Shown: positions 1 to 11,042, numbered from the stretch's first letter. The stretch: 64,000 bases of DNA from Armatimonadota bacterium (GCA_037444405.1 JBBIML010000012.1:64001-128000); one strand, 5' to 3'. The notes: generated by a model from the letters alone, not told the origin. Program-made: numbers and translations.

Positions 1-1
1 C

Positions 2-559
2 GCTGGCTTTCGAACCGTTATGAACGGCATGCCAACCTGCAATTTGCCAGAAACCGTGAGCTATATGTTCAACTATGACCTGCTGCCACCGGGTCGAACA
101 CCGCTTGGCGCTGGCTCGATCAGTAAGGGCACGGTCGCCCTCGCTGAGATTCCCTATGTGGCGGAGACCACCATCAATCTGGAGGCGGATATTGGCTTAT
201 CGGGAAGCTGCGCCCTGATGAAGCGCAAACCTACTGATAGCGGGATTAACTTCCCGATCCCAGTGCGGGCACGCCATAACGAAATGATACAGGTGAACTA
301 CGCTGACGGTCATGCAAAAGCGGTCAAGGGGCGCAAGTATGCAGGCACGGATTGCTATTATCTCTATCCTGGTACCAATGCCAATCCGCCATTCATTGCT
401 CGTGACAACCCCAAGCTGTGGTGTGTTGGATCAGGTCCCTACTTGCGCCCGTGTGATTATGCGCCGAACTCGAACCCCTATGCCATCTGCCGCCCCTACA
501 TGGAAGGGATTATCGATCAGGATCAGTACGGGCTGTGCTATCGATACATTCGGCTGTGA
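2..559 (+). CDS. Prepilin-type DUF1559 / H-X9-DG-CTERM protein, 5' truncated by the window edge
   Basis: Frame is open from base 2; contains RH-NEMIQVNYA-DGHAK (H-X9-DG motif) and an SYxFN motif; Cys-rich tail. Confidence 0.75.
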   Translation, partial: AGFRTVMNGMPTCNLPETVSYMFNYDLLPPGRTPLGAGSISKGTVALAEIPYVAETTINLEADIGLSGSCALMKRKPTDSGINFPIPVRARHNEMIQVNYADGHAKAVKGRKYAGTDCYYLYPGTNANPPFIARDNPKLWCVGSGPYLRPCDYAPNSNPYAICRPYMEGIIDQDQYGLCYRYIRL

Positions 560-565
560 ACCTGC

Positions 566-1876
566 ATGACGCTCACGGTTCGCGCGTGGATATTGCTAAG
601 TGTGGGCGGGCTGATTTCCCTGCTGGGGGTCGCCCGCCCGCCGTTGTTGGTGTGGGTCGTGCCATATGATCTGGTGGTGGCGGCGCTGATTGTTGCCGAT
701 GCACTGCTGTTGCCGCGCGCGGCTCGCTTTCGGGCGGCGCGCCTGCACGAGGCGGTGCTGTCGCTGGGTACGGCGAACCGCATCGAGTTGACGCTGAGCG
801 CGGCAATATCCCGACCGTTGCGCGTGCGCCTGCGCGACGAGCCGCCCCCTGATTGCACTTTCGACCGTCGCGAGTTCGATCTGGTGCTGATGCCCGACAC
901 GCCCGCGCAGGTTGCGTATCATCTCACGCCACTCTATCGGGGCGAGGCGCGGTTTGAGGATGTGTTCCTGCGTGTAGAAGGTTGGCTGGGGCTGGTGTAC
1001 GGCTTCTATCGGCTGCCCGCCCGCGAGCGCGTGCCCATCTACCCCAATCTATTGCAGCTGCGCGAGTATGAGCTTTTGCGCCATCGCGGGCTGCTGCGTC
1101 AGATGGGTTTCCGCCAGACGCGCCTGCGTGGGCTGGGCACCGAGTTCGAATCGCTGCGCGAATACACCATCGACGACGAGTTCCGCCGCATCGACTGGAA
1201 GGCGACCGCGCGACGCGGCAAGCCCATCGTGCGCGACTATCAGATCGAGCGCAGCCAGAATGTGATTTTGCTGTTCGATGCGGGGCGCAACATGCTGGCG
1301 GAGGTGGAGGGCATGCGCAAGTTCGATGCGGTGCTGAACACGGGGCTGATGCTGGCATATGTGGCGACGCAGATGGACGATAAGGTGGGCACGCTGGTGT
1401 TCGCTGACGAGGTGGAGCGGTTCCTGCCGCCCCAGCGTGGACGCGCCCAGCTCGCGCAACTGGTGCATGCCCTGCATGCTGTCCAGCCCCGCATGGTGGA
1501 AGCGGATTACATATATGCCATCACCTATTTAGCCCAGCGGTGGCGCAAGCGCTCGCTGATGGTCATCTTCACCGATTTGATAGACCCTGACGCCTCGCGC
1601 GTGTTGTTGCACGCGCTGGCAGGGCTGGCAAAACAGCATCTGTGCGTGTGCGTGACGGTGTCTGACCCGCGCCTGCACGCCTGGAGCCGCCTGACGCCAC
1701 AGTCGGCGGATCAGCTCTATCGGCGGGCGATTGCGACGCAGGTGCTGACCGATCGGCTGGCGGCGGCGCGCACGCTGGAGCGGATGGGCGTGTCCACCAT
1801 CGATGCCGAACCTGACACGCTGGTGCCCGCACTGGTCAACTTCTACCTGCAGGCGAAGGCGCGGGGCGTGCTATGA
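566..1876 (+). CDS. DUF58 domain protein (MoxR-associated, vWA-like) with N-terminal transmembrane segments
   Basis: GTEFESLREY..DEFRRIDWKATARRGKPIVR and D-x-GRNM motifs. Confidence 0.9.
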   Translation: MTLTVRAWILLSVGGLISLLGVARPPLLVWVVPYDLVVAALIVADALLLPRAARFRAARLHEAVLSLGTANRIELTLSAAISRPLRVRLRDEPPPDCTFDRREFDLVLMPDTPAQVAYHLTPLYRGEARFEDVFLRVEGWLGLVYGFYRLPARERVPIYPNLLQLREYELLRHRGLLRQMGFRQTRLRGLGTEFESLREYTIDDEFRRIDWKATARRGKPIVRDYQIERSQNVILLFDAGRNMLAEVEGMRKFDAVLNTGLMLAYVATQMDDKVGTLVFADEVERFLPPQRGRAQLAQLVHALHAVQPRMVEADYIYAITYLAQRWRKRSLMVIFTDLIDPDASRVLLHALAGLAKQHLCVCVTVSDPRLHAWSRLTPQSADQLYRRAIATQVLTDRLAAARTLERMGVSTIDAEPDTLVPALVNFYLQAKARGVL

Positions 1877-2530
1877 GCCGCGAAACACCCGCGCCAGCGC
1901 CTTCTCATGTTCAATCGGCACGAGCGCGATGACGGTGTCGCCCGGCTGCAAAATCAGGTTGGCAAGCCCCAGCGTCAGCTGACCGTTGCGAATGACTGCT
2001 GCCAGCATCGTCTTGGGCGGCAGCTCGATCTCACCGATTGCCCTGCCCGCAACGGGCGATTCGGGCGTGACCTCCGCCTCGATCACCTCAATCTGTCCGC
2101 GCATCACCGCGCCAATCGGCAGCACCTCGCCGACCTCCACCTCCTGCTCCAACAGGTTGAACACGAAGCGCGTGCTGCATACCGTTTCGTGGATGCCCAG
2201 TCGGAAGAAGATGGCTTCGTGGCGCGGGTCGCGCACGATTGACAGCACGCGGGGAACCTTGAAGAAGTTCTTGGCGAGCTGACAGATGATGAGGTTGTCC
2301 TCATCGTCGCCTGTGGCGGCGACCACCACATCGGCGCGACGGGCGCCTGCCTCACTCAACACGCGCACCTCACAGGCGTCCCCGTACATCACCCGGTCGG
2401 ACAGCTCGTCGCTGAGTTCTGCCGCACGCCGTCGATTCTTTTCTATCACCAACACCTCATAGCCGTGCTGGTGGAGTGCCTTGGTCAGATGGTAGCCGAT
2501 GTCGCCTCCACCGGCGATAATCACATACAT
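1871..2530 (-). CDS. trkA: TrkA/KtrA family K+ uptake regulatory subunit (RCK N + RCK C)
   Basis: MYVIIAGGGDIG Rossmann motif, GDA, ATGDDEDN; start placed at ATG 2530. Confidence 0.88.
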   Translation of the reverse strand: MYVIIAGGGDIGYHLTKALHQHGYEVLVIEKNRRRAAELSDELSDRVMYGDACEVRVLSEAGARRADVVVAATGDDEDNLIICQLAKNFFKVPRVLSIVRDPRHEAIFFRLGIHETVCSTRFVFNLLEQEVEVGEVLPIGAVMRGQIEVIEAEVTPESPVAGRAIGEIELPPKTMLAAVIRNGQLTLGLANLILQPGDTVIALVPIEHEKALARVFRGS

Positions 2531-2551
2531 AGCCGTCACCTCGTTGCGCCA

Positions 2552-2574
2552 GTAGACTTGGGCATCCTGCCCAA
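2552..2574 (+). repeat. GTAG-type REP-like hairpin, copy 1
   Basis: GTAG-AC-TTGGGCA-TCC-TGCCCAA; related copies at 21611 and 23080. Confidence 0.65.
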
Positions 2575-2596
2575 ACCAATAGTATAGCATGCCGAC

Positions 2597-3316
2597 TCAC
2601 AGTTCGAAGGTCTCCCCGAAGTAGTATTTGCGGGCGAGCGGGTTGGCAATCACCTCTTCGGGCGTGCCCTGCGCCACGATGATGCCGTCCGCCAAGATGT
2701 AGCTGCGGTCGGTGATGCGCAGCGTCGCGCTCACATTATGGTCGGTGATGAGAATGCCGATGCCGCGTCGGCGCAGCTCCAGCACAATCTGTTGCAGTTC
2801 CTCGATGGTTTTGGGGTCGATGCCAGTGAACGGTTCATCGAGCAGCAGGAAGGCGGGTTGCAGGGCGAGTGCGCGGGCGATTTCGACACGGCGTCGTTCG
2901 CCACCCGACAGCGCATTGCCGCGCTGATGGCGCAGGTGCGCGATATGGAACTCCTCCATCAGCTGCTCGGCGCGGGCGCGTCGCTCGGCGGGCGGCACAC
3001 CGTTCATCTCCAGCACCAGATGCAGGTTCTGCTCAACGGTCAAAAATCGGAACACGGACGGCTCCTGGGGCAGGTAGCCGATGCCGAGCCGTGCGCGCTG
3101 ATACATTGGCAGGCGCGTGATCTCGCGCTCGCCCAGAAACACCCGCCCCTCATTCGGGCGCACCAGCCCCACCATCATATAGAAGGTGGTCGTCTTGCCC
3201 GCGCCGTTGGGTCCCAGCAGTCCCACAATCTCGCCAGGGGCGACCTCCAGCGAGACCTCACGCACCACCGGCTTCTTGCGGTACGATTTTTTCAGTCGCT
3301 CCGCCCGCAGAGTCAT
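2597..3316 (-). CDS. lptB: LPS export ABC transporter ATP-binding protein
   Basis: [56 protein letters not shown]. Confidence 0.95.
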   Translation of the reverse strand: MTLRAERLKKSYRKKPVVREVSLEVAPGEIVGLLGPNGAGKTTTFYMMVGLVRPNEGRVFLGEREITRLPMYQRARLGIGYLPQEPSVFRFLTVEQNLHLVLEMNGVPPAERRARAEQLMEEFHIAHLRHQRGNALSGGERRRVEIARALALQPAFLLLDEPFTGIDPKTIEELQQIVLELRRRGIGILITDHNVSATLRITDRSYILADGIIVAQGTPEEVIANPLARKYYFGETFEL

Positions 3317-3345
3317 TCCGTGTGAAGAAGTGTACCTGAAAAGTT

Positions 3346-3879
3346 TCAGCGGGTGTGGCTGTAGGGCGCATCCTTCAGGCGAAGTCGGGTGCGATTGCCG
3401 TTCAGCTCGGCTGTCAGCTCCACATCGGCGGGTTTTGCGCCCTTTGGCAGCCGCACGCGCCAGCCGTTGCTGCCCACTCGCTCCACCTTCAGCGATTGGC
3501 GCTTGACCGACGCCTTCAGCCGCGCCCGCGCCGGCGAAATCTCGCCTTCCAGCTCGCCCGTGCGCTCCCTTGTCCAGACAATATATGCCTCTTTGCGGCT
3601 GATCGCCCGCATATAGGCGACCATCGCCTCCAGCTCCTCGCGGCTCAGCGTATCGGCGCCAGGCATAATCTTCACAATCTCTTTTAGCTCCGATTCGTTG
3701 CGGTACTTTTTCTCGAACTGCGCCTCAAACAGGGAGCCTTCCCTGCCATGGCAGGCGGAACAGCGGCGGTTGAAGAGGCTCACCGTCTCCACAGGGGCTG
3801 GTCGGGACGAACTTATCGCCAGACCGGCAATACCAATCAACAGCCCTACCAGCACGACACTAACGACCCTCCACATCAT
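3346..3879 (-). CDS. Exported monoheme c-type cytochrome with C-terminal extra domain
   Basis: Signal peptide, CSACH heme motif, downstream MP axial-ligand motif. Confidence 0.8.
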   Translation of the reverse strand: MMWRVVSVVLVGLLIGIAGLAISSSRPAPVETVSLFNRRCSACHGREGSLFEAQFEKKYRNESELKEIVKIMPGADTLSREELEAMVAYMRAISRKEAYIVWTRERTGELEGEISPARARLKASVKRQSLKVERVGSNGWRVRLPKGAKPADVELTAELNGNRTRLRLKDAPYSHTR

Positions 3880-5098
3880 TACCTCCTGCCCATGAGATTC
3901 GGTAGATACGCCCGGTCATATCGCAGCTGAACAGCACCGAGCCGTCGGGCGCCTCGGCACAGTCCACGGGACGCGCCAGCACCCGCAAATCGGGCGTGAT
4001 GGTTTTGACAATTGTCAGGCTGCCGTATGGCTTGCCCGTTACATCGTCGAACAGCACCCGCTCAATACGATACCCGTCGGGGACACGGCGGTTCCACGAG
4101 CCGTGGCAGGCGGCGAACAGGTCGCCTTTGTGGCGCGGGAAGTGATCCCGCGTCAGAAAGCAGAAGCCGTTCACCGCCCAGTGCGCACCGAACGCCCATG
4201 CGGGCGGCTCCGCACGGTCGGCTAACTCCAGAATATCTTTGCGACGCTGATACTCGATACGAGGCAACTTCGATGCCACGATGAACGGATGCCCATAGAA
4301 CTTGCCCTGTTGATAGTGATTGAGTTCATCGGGGGGATTGTAATCGGTGATGGGCTGGAATCCGACGCGGTCGCCCAGCGGTCTGCCGAACCAGTCGCTG
4401 CCGTGATCCGCGCCCCAGATTTCGGCGGTGCCAGGGCGCAGGCGCAACTTCTCCGTGTTGCGGATGCCACTGGCAAACAGCGTCTTGCCCGTGCCGTCTT
4501 TGTTGAATCGCCAGATTTTCTGGCGTTCGGTGGCGGTCTCATCGGTGATATTGCCTGAATCGCCGATGCTGGTGTAGAGATATTTGTCCGTGACGAGAAT
4601 GGAGCGCCACCAGTGCCCGCCGCCTCTTGGCAGTTTGCCTTCCGGAATGACGGTTATCACCTCGTCGGCTTTGCCGTCGCCGTCGCGGTCGCGGGCTTTA
4701 TGAATCGCGCCCGTTTGCGTGAACCAGAGCCAGCCGTCGGCGAACTGCATGCCATGCACCGTCGGATAGCCTTTGACGAAGGTGTTGACCACGCGGTAGC
4801 GGTTGCCCTGCGGGCGCAGGGCGAGAATATCGCCCTCCTGCGGACGGCTCACATAGAGCGTGCCCCGATCATCAAACTCCAGAAAGCGGGCGTTCTCGAT
4901 GCCATCGGCAACCAGATCGACGCGATAGCCCGGCCGCACCCAGAACTCGGGCACGCCCGGTCCACGAATTCCCTGTCTGGCAGGGGCAGGTCGGGCGCCA
5001 GGCGATCCGCCACGCGCCGGATTCCGCTGTGCCGTGAGGCAACCGACTATCAGCAATAATCCTGCCACGCCAACACCGGTAGCAACATGCTTGCTCAT
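3860..5098 (-). CDS. PQQ-dependent sugar/sorbosone dehydrogenase family protein (exported)
   Basis: GGHWWRSI, LYTSIGDSGN, ASGIRN, PPDELN, HGSWNR, RPVD motifs. Confidence 0.85.
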   Translation of the reverse strand: MSKHVATGVGVAGLLLIVGCLTAQRNPARGGSPGARPAPARQGIRGPGVPEFWVRPGYRVDLVADGIENARFLEFDDRGTLYVSRPQEGDILALRPQGNRYRVVNTFVKGYPTVHGMQFADGWLWFTQTGAIHKARDRDGDGKADEVITVIPEGKLPRGGGHWWRSILVTDKYLYTSIGDSGNITDETATERQKIWRFNKDGTGKTLFASGIRNTEKLRLRPGTAEIWGADHGSDWFGRPLGDRVGFQPITDYNPPDELNHYQQGKFYGHPFIVASKLPRIEYQRRKDILELADRAEPPAWAFGAHWAVNGFCFLTRDHFPRHKGDLFAACHGSWNRRVPDGYRIERVLFDDVTGKPYGSLTIVKTITPDLRVLARPVDCAEAPDGSVLFSCDMTGRIYRISWAGGNDVEGR

Positions 5099-5148
5099 CA
5101 TCACAGATTCTACTCCCTCAGGCGCCGCGAGGGTATAATCGATCTGAC

Positions 5149-5970
5149 ATGCTGATTATTGACACGGGCAAAATCGCGAAACGGCTCCAGAGCGTGATGG
5201 ACGCCCACGCCGCAGAAGTGCTGGCTGAGGTATTCGCGGAAACCATCCAGCACGCTTTTGAGCAGGATATTACCCGGCGGTTGGATGCTATCCAGCGTGA
5301 GCTGGCAGAGCAGCGCACCCAGACCGACCAGCGCTTCGCTGTTGTGCTGGAGGAGCTGCGCCTGCAGCGCCAGCACACAGAAGAGCAGATTAGCCTTGTA
5401 CGGGGAGAGGTTGCTGAGCTGCGGCGTCATACTGACGCGCAGTTAGAGGCTTTACGCCAGCAGACCGAGGCGCAGATTCAGGCGGTGCGGGAGGAAATTG
5501 CTGAGCTGCGGCGTCATACTGACGCGCAGTTTAGGGACCTGCGTGAGCAGTTAGGTGGGCTTGGGATAACCGTTGGATACGCGCTGGAAGACCTCGCCTA
5601 CAATTACCTGCCCGACCTGCTGCGGCAAGATTACGGCATCGAGCTGACGGAGGGGCTGATACGAACCTTCGTCAGGGATGCTCAGGGCAACTATCTGGAG
5701 GTCAATATCTGGGGCGCGGCGCGGCGCAACGGTCAAACGCTGCAGATTGTTGGGGAAGCCAAATCGCAACTCTCTAAACGAGCGATTGACAATTTTCTCA
5801 GGGCACGGGTACAACGATTGAGCCGTGTCTACCCCAATCTGTTCCCTGTGATGGTCGCCTACATGATCAGCGAACCTGATGTATTCGAGTATGCCCAGCA
5901 GAAGGGCGTTGCGCTCTACATGTCCTACCAGTTCCAGCCTCGTCGGCATCCCTTCCTGCCGTCTACCTGA
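5149..5970 (+). CDS. Coiled-coil protein with C-terminal PD-(D/E)XK-like domain (DUF3782-like)
   Basis: Heptad region followed by LGGLGITVGYALED...EVNIWG...IVGEAKSQL; 34-nt direct repeat at 5411-5444 and 5498-5531. Confidence 0.7.
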   Translation: MLIIDTGKIAKRLQSVMDAHAAEVLAEVFAETIQHAFEQDITRRLDAIQRELAEQRTQTDQRFAVVLEELRLQRQHTEEQISLVRGEVAELRRHTDAQLEALRQQTEAQIQAVREEIAELRRHTDAQFRDLREQLGGLGITVGYALEDLAYNYLPDLLRQDYGIELTEGLIRTFVRDAQGNYLEVNIWGAARRNGQTLQIVGEAKSQLSKRAIDNFLRARVQRLSRVYPNLFPVMVAYMISEPDVFEYAQQKGVALYMSYQFQPRRHPFLPST

Positions 5971-5976
5971 AACGCT

Positions 5977-8202
5977 ATGTTCAGCCGGGACCCTGCCATC
6001 TGGCGCGAGATGGGATTGAGCGATGCCGAGTATGCCCGCATCGTGGAGCTGATGGGGCGCGAGCCGACCGACACCGAGCTGGGCATGTTCGCGGTGATGT
6101 GGTCAGAGCATTGCGGCTACAAATATTCCCGCCCCGTGCTGCGTCTGTTCCGCAAGTATCGTGAGGCGCTGGAGGGTGCTGGCTTCGAGAACGCGGGCGT
6201 CGTGCCCCTGGATGAGCAGCTGGGCATCGCGATGAAGGTGGAGAGCCACAACCATCCGTCGGCGGTGGAACCCCATCAGGGCGCGGCGACGGGCGTCGGG
6301 GGCATCATTCGCGACATCTTCACGATGGGCGCCCGCCCGATTGCCATTCTCGACTCCCTGCGCTTCGGTCCACCCGATGAGCCGCGCAACCGCTACCTGC
6401 TCGAGCATGTGGTGGCGGGCATCTCCAGCTATGGCAACTGCATCGGCGTGCCGACCGTGGCGGGCGAAATCTACTTTCATCCCTGCTATTCGGGCAACCC
6501 GCTGGTGAACGCGATGGCGGTTGGCGTTGTGCCGCTGGAGCGCATCGTTCCCGCCCGCGCCGATGTGCCTGGCAGCGCGGTGATGTATGTCGGCTCCAGC
6601 ACAGGACGCGACGGCATCCACGGCGCCACCTTCGCCTCCGAAACGCTCGGCGATGACCAGCAGGAGAAACGCCCCAATGTGCAGATTGGCGACCCGTTTA
6701 TGGAGAAGCTGCTCATCGAAGCGACGCTGGAGGCAATCGAGACGGGCGCGATACTGGGTATGCAGGATATGGGCGCAGCAGGGTTGACCTGCACCACCTG
6801 CGAGCCGACCGCCAAATCGGGCACGGGCGTCGATATCGATGTCGCCTTAGTGCCCACGCGCGAGCCGAACATGACGCCCTATGAGATTATGCTCTCCGAA
6901 TCGCAGGAGCGGATGCTGCTCTATGTGCAGGCGGGTCGTGAAGCGGAGGTGGCGGCGGTCTATCGCAAGTGGGGTCTGAACGCGGTGGTCATCGGGCGCG
7001 TGACGGACGACGGCATCGTGCGCGTGCGCCATCGGGGCGAGGTGGTGGCGGAAATCCCCGCCCCTTATCTCACCCGCGAATGCCCCACCTACTACCTGCA
7101 AACGGAAGAGCCTGCCTACTTGCGAGAGGCTCAACGCTTATCGCTGGACGATGTGCCCCTGCCCGACGATTGGAACGATGTGCTGCTGCGCCTGCTCCGC
7201 TCGCCCAGCATCGCGAGCAAGCGATGGGTCTACGAGCAGTATGACTGGCTGGTGGGCACGCAGACGGTGCTGGCACCGGGCAGAGCCGACGCTGCCGTGT
7301 TGCGCCTGCGCGAGAGCGAGAAGGGCATCGCGCTCAAAATCGACGGCAACGGACGCTACTGCTATCTGCATCCCTATCGGGGAGCGCAGCTGATTGTGGC
7401 GGAAGCCGCCCGCAATGTCGCCTGCACGGGCGCACTGCCACGCGCCATCACCGACTGCCTCAACTTTGGCAACCCGCAACGCCCCGAAATCTTCTATCAG
7501 TTCGAGCAGTGCGTACGCGGGATTGCCGACGCCGCCGAGTTTTTCGAGACGCCTGTCATCTCTGGCAATGTGAGCTTTTACAACGAGAGCGAGCAGGGGG
7601 CGGTGTTTCCGACGCCCACCATCGGCATGCTGGGCGTGCTGGAGCGGGTGGACGATTGCGTCGGCGCGGGCTTCCCGGAGGCGGGGCTGACGGTGCTGCT
7701 CGTGGAGCCGCTCCAGCCCGCGGATGACCCGCTGCAGGGTCTGGGCGGCAGCGAATATCTGTCGGTGATTCACGGTCTGGAGCGCGGCACACCACCCGCG
7801 CTGAATCTGTCAGCGGAGAAGTCGCTCCATTGGTTTCTGGTGGAGGCGGCGCGACGGCGACTGATGCGTTCTGCGCACGACCTCAGCGAGGGCGGTTTCA
7901 CCGTTGCGCTCGCCGAATCGGCGCTGATCGGCGGCGTCGGCGCATGGGTGCAGATCAATCCAGAGGATCCAATCAGGCTCGATGCCCTGCTGTTTGGCGA
8001 ATCGCCCACGCGCGTAATCCTCTCCGCCGAGCCGGATCGGGTGTCCGCACTCCAGCAGTTAGCCGCGAGCTACCAGCTCCGCTGCCAGAAGCTGGGCTAT
8101 ACTGGCGGCGATCGCCTCGTCATCACACAGGGCGACCACCTGCTGATAGACCTGCCCCTCACTCACTGCCGGCACGCCTACGATGCCTTTCCGACCCCTT
8201 GA
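5977..8202 (+). CDS. purL: Phosphoribosylformylglycinamidine synthase subunit PurL
   Basis: [48 protein letters not shown]. Confidence 0.97.
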   Translation: MFSRDPAIWREMGLSDAEYARIVELMGREPTDTELGMFAVMWSEHCGYKYSRPVLRLFRKYREALEGAGFENAGVVPLDEQLGIAMKVESHNHPSAVEPHQGAATGVGGIIRDIFTMGARPIAILDSLRFGPPDEPRNRYLLEHVVAGISSYGNCIGVPTVAGEIYFHPCYSGNPLVNAMAVGVVPLERIVPARADVPGSAVMYVGSSTGRDGIHGATFASETLGDDQQEKRPNVQIGDPFMEKLLIEATLEAIETGAILGMQDMGAAGLTCTTCEPTAKSGTGVDIDVALVPTREPNMTPYEIMLSESQERMLLYVQAGREAEVAAVYRKWGLNAVVIGRVTDDGIVRVRHRGEVVAEIPAPYLTRECPTYYLQTEEPAYLREAQRLSLDDVPLPDDWNDVLLRLLRSPSIASKRWVYEQYDWLVGTQTVLAPGRADAAVLRLRESEKGIALKIDGNGRYCYLHPYRGAQLIVAEAARNVACTGALPRAITDCLNFGNPQRPEIFYQFEQCVRGIADAAEFFETPVISGNVSFYNESEQGAVFPTPTIGMLGVLERVDDCVGAGFPEAGLTVLLVEPLQPADDPLQGLGGSEYLSVIHGLERGTPPALNLSAEKSLHWFLVEAARRRLMRSAHDLSEGGFTVALAESALIGGVGAWVQINPEDPIRLDALLFGESPTRVILSAEPDRVSALQQLAASYQLRCQKLGYTGGDRLVITQGDHLLIDLPLTHCRHAYDAFPTP

Positions 8203-8230
8203 CTTTTTTGTCAGGCGTCGGGTATATAAT
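8199..8230 (+). promoter_or_regulatory. Sigma70-type promoter of groESL
   Basis: TTGACT (8199-8204) and GGTATATAAT (8221-8230) directly upstream of the CIRCE. Confidence 0.7.
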
Positions 8231-8239
8231 AGGGCGTAA

Positions 8240-8266
8240 TGGGCACTCGCGAATGGCGAGTGCTAA
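8240..8266 (+). promoter_or_regulatory. CIRCE element (HrcA operator)
   Basis: TGGGCACTC-GCGAATGGC-GAGTGCTAA versus consensus TTAGCACTC-N9-GAGTGCTAA, upstream of groES. Confidence 0.92.
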
Positions 8267-8315
8267 TTTTATGCGGTTCGCGTACCAGGCTCGCAACGAA
8301 GGAGGTGTAATAACA

Positions 8316-8603
8316 ATGCTGAAACCTATCGGTGATCGTGTGGTGGTCCGCCCCAAATCGGCGGAAGAGATGACAAAAAGCGGTATTATATTGCCCGATA
8401 CAGCGAAGGAACGCCCGCAAGAGGGTGAAGTGATGGCGGTAGGCACAGGACGCATACTGGATGACGGACGAGTCGTCCCGCTGGAAGTCAAGGTCGGTGA
8501 TCGAGTGCTTTTCTCCAAATATGGCGGCACCGAGATTAAACTCGGCAACGAGGAGTATATTATATTGCGCGAAGACGATATTCTCGCCATTCTGCAAGAC
8601 TGA
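8316..8603 (+). CDS. groES: Co-chaperonin GroES
   Basis: [48 protein letters not shown]. Confidence 0.98.
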   Translation: MLKPIGDRVVVRPKSAEEMTKSGIILPDTAKERPQEGEVMAVGTGRILDDGRVVPLEVKVGDRVLFSKYGGTEIKLGNEEYIILREDDILAILQD

Positions 8604-8617
8604 GGAGGTGAGCAACG

Positions 8618-10225
8618 ATGGCAGCGAAGGAGATTCTGTATAATGAGCAGGCACGCCACGCGCTGGAGCGCGGAGTGGATGCTATTGCGAACGCGGTTAA
8701 AGTTACGCTCGGTCCGCGCGGGCGCAATGTGGTGCTGGAAAAGAAGTTCGGCTCGCCAACCGTGATTAACGACGGCGTAACGATTGCCAAAGAGATTGAA
8801 CTGGAAGATCGGTTTGAGAACATGGGGGCGCAACTGGTGCGCGAGGTTGCGTCCAAGACGAACGATGTGGCAGGCGACGGCACGACCACCGCGACGGTGC
8901 TGGCGCAGGCAATCTTCAAGGAAGGGCTGAAAGCCGTCGCCGCAGGCGCCAACCCCGTCCAGGTCAAGCGTGGCATCGAGCGTGCCGTCGAAGCCGTTGT
9001 GAACTATATCCGTGAGGTCGCCATCCCCGTCGAGGGGCGTGAAGCCATCGAACAGGTGGCGACCATCTCCGCGAACGACCCCGCTATCGGTAAGGTTGTC
9101 GCCGACGCCATCGAAAAGGTCACCAAAGATGGCGTGATCACTGTCGAAGAATCGAAGGGCACGGAAACCACCCTCGAGATTGTGGAGGGCATGCGCTTCG
9201 ATCGCGGCTACATCTCGCCCTACTTCATCACCGACCCGGAGCGCATGGAAGCCGTGCTGGAGGAGCCTTATATCCTGCTCTACGAGAAGAAGATTAGCGC
9301 GGCGCAGGACCTCATCCCGATTCTGGAGCAGGTGGTGCGCGCGGGCAAGCCGCTGTTGGTCATCTGTGAGGATATGGAGGGCGAGGCGCTGGCGACGCTG
9401 GTGGTGAACAAGCTGCGCGGCGTGCTGCAGTGCGCCGCCGTCAAAGCGCCCGGCTTCGGCGAGCGACGCAAGGCGATGATGGAAGACATCGCCATCCTCA
9501 CCGGCGGCACCTTCTTCACCGAAGACCTCGGCATTAAACTGGAGAACATCCGCCTGGAGCAGCTCGGTCGCGCCGAGAAGGTGATTATCGAGAAGGAGTA
9601 CACCACCATCGTCGGCGGCAAGGGCAAGCCCGAAGCCATTCAGGGACGCATCGCCCAGATTCGCAAACAGATCGAAACCACCGAGTCGGACTACGACCGC
9701 GAGAAGCTGCAGGAGCGACTGGCGAAGCTGGCGGGCGGTGTCGCCGTGATCAAGGTCGGCGCTGCCACCGAGACCGAGCTGAAGGAGAAGAAGTCGCGCT
9801 TCGAAGACGCCATCCACGCCACCAAAGCGGCTGTGGAAGAGGGCATCGTGCCCGGTGGCGGCGTCACACTGGTGAACGCCATCCGCGCGCTGGATAACCT
9901 GCAGGCGGAGGGCGACGAGCGCATCGGGATTAACATCGTGCGCCGCGCGCTGGAAGAGCCGCTGCGCCAGATCGCCCAGAACGCAGGCGCGGAAGGCTCC
10001 GTCATCGTGGAGAAGGTCAAGGAACTCCCCGCTGGACACGGCTTCAACGCCGCCACTGGCGAGTTCGTCGATATGGTCAAAGCGGGCATCGTCGACCCCG
10101 CCAAGGTGGCACGCACCGCACTGGAGAACGCCGCATCGATCGCCTCCATGCTGCTGACCACCGAGGCGCTGGTCGCCGAACTGCCTGAAGAGAAGGAGAA
10201 AAAGGCTTCCACCTCCCCCTACTGA
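8618..10225 (+). CDS. groEL: Chaperonin GroEL
   Basis: [43 protein letters not shown]. Confidence 0.99.
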   Translation: MAAKEILYNEQARHALERGVDAIANAVKVTLGPRGRNVVLEKKFGSPTVINDGVTIAKEIELEDRFENMGAQLVREVASKTNDVAGDGTTTATVLAQAIFKEGLKAVAAGANPVQVKRGIERAVEAVVNYIREVAIPVEGREAIEQVATISANDPAIGKVVADAIEKVTKDGVITVEESKGTETTLEIVEGMRFDRGYISPYFITDPERMEAVLEEPYILLYEKKISAAQDLIPILEQVVRAGKPLLVICEDMEGEALATLVVNKLRGVLQCAAVKAPGFGERRKAMMEDIAILTGGTFFTEDLGIKLENIRLEQLGRAEKVIIEKEYTTIVGGKGKPEAIQGRIAQIRKQIETTESDYDREKLQERLAKLAGGVAVIKVGAATETELKEKKSRFEDAIHATKAAVEEGIVPGGGVTLVNAIRALDNLQAEGDERIGINIVRRALEEPLRQIAQNAGAEGSVIVEKVKELPAGHGFNAATGEFVDMVKAGIVDPAKVARTALENAASIASMLLTTEALVAELPEEKEKKASTSPY

Positions 10226-10250
10226 CACACAGACCACTCACCCCCCAATA

Positions 10251-10279
10251 GCCGGGGCTGAAAAGCCCCGGCATTTTTT
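10251..10279 (+). terminator. Intrinsic terminator after groEL
   Basis: GCCGGGGCT-GAAA-AGCCCCGGC followed by ATTTTTT. Confidence 0.85.
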
Positions 10280-11042
10280 ACTGGCTCTGAACCCTCGACG
10301 CCGCCCCCACCTTCGAACGCCGCCAGTAGAGATAGACGCCTATCGCCATCACGGCTATCGCCGCCAGATGACCATAAGTCCAGAAGCCCGCTATCGGCTC
10401 GGAGGTCGCGCCTGCCCGAAAGAACTCCACGAGGAACCGATACAGCCCATGCAACATCAGAAACAGCGCGAACAGCTGACCCTGAAAGCGACAGCGCGGC
10501 TCTAGCCGAACCAACACCACAAAAATCATCAGGTTCATCAGGGTTGAGTAGAGCTGGGTGGGATGCACGGGCGTGCTGAGCGCGGGGAAGCGCACGCCCC
10601 ACGGTAAATCGGTCGGTTGACCGTAGCAGCAGCCTGCCAGAAAGCAGCCGATTCGCGCAATCGCATAGCCGAGCGCGAGCGACGGCGCCGCCAGATCCGC
10701 CACCTGCCAGGCGTTCAGTCGGCGTCGCCATACCAACCAGAGACCCATCAGCGCGCCCGTCGCAAACCCGCCGAAAAACGACAGCCCGCCCTCCCACACG
10801 CGCAGAACGCTCCACCAATCACCCTGATAGAGGCTCCAGTTGGTCAGCACATAGACCAGTCGCCCGCCAACAATCCCCGCCAGCACCATCGCGAACGACA
10901 GGTCATACACCGTGTCGCGGGCGATCCCGTAGCGGGATGCGGCGCGTGCGCCCCGCCAGGTCGCCAGCAGAATCCCGATTGCCCACATCAAGCCGTAGGT
11001 GTGCAGCGCGAAGTCGCCCCAGCGCACCAGATCGGGCATCAT
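10278..11042 (-). CDS. lgt: Prolipoprotein diacylglyceryl transferase
   Basis: YGLM, GGRLVYV, WEGGLSFFGG, RIGCFLAGCCYG, HPTQLY, RFLVEFFR. Confidence 0.95.
   Translation of the reverse strand: MMPDLVRWGDFALHTYGLMWAIGILLATWRGARAASRYGIARDTVYDLSFAMVLAGIVGGRLVYVLTNWSLYQGDWWSVLRVWEGGLSFFGGFATGALMGLWLVWRRRLNAWQVADLAAPSLALGYAIARIGCFLAGCCYGQPTDLPWGVRFPALSTPVHPTQLYSTLMNLMIFVVLVRLEPRCRFQGQLFALFLMLHGLYRFLVEFFRAGATSEPIAGFWTYGHLAAIAVMAIGVYLYWRRSKVGAASRVQSQ

Noticed and set aside
5411..5531. 34-nt direct repeat as mini-CRISPR or att site
   Set aside because: Only two copies, in frame inside a coiled-coil coding region
8159..10237. 692-aa ORF antisense to groES/groEL
   Set aside because: Shadow ORF produced by GC-rich codon bias of a highly conserved gene; no recognisable motifs
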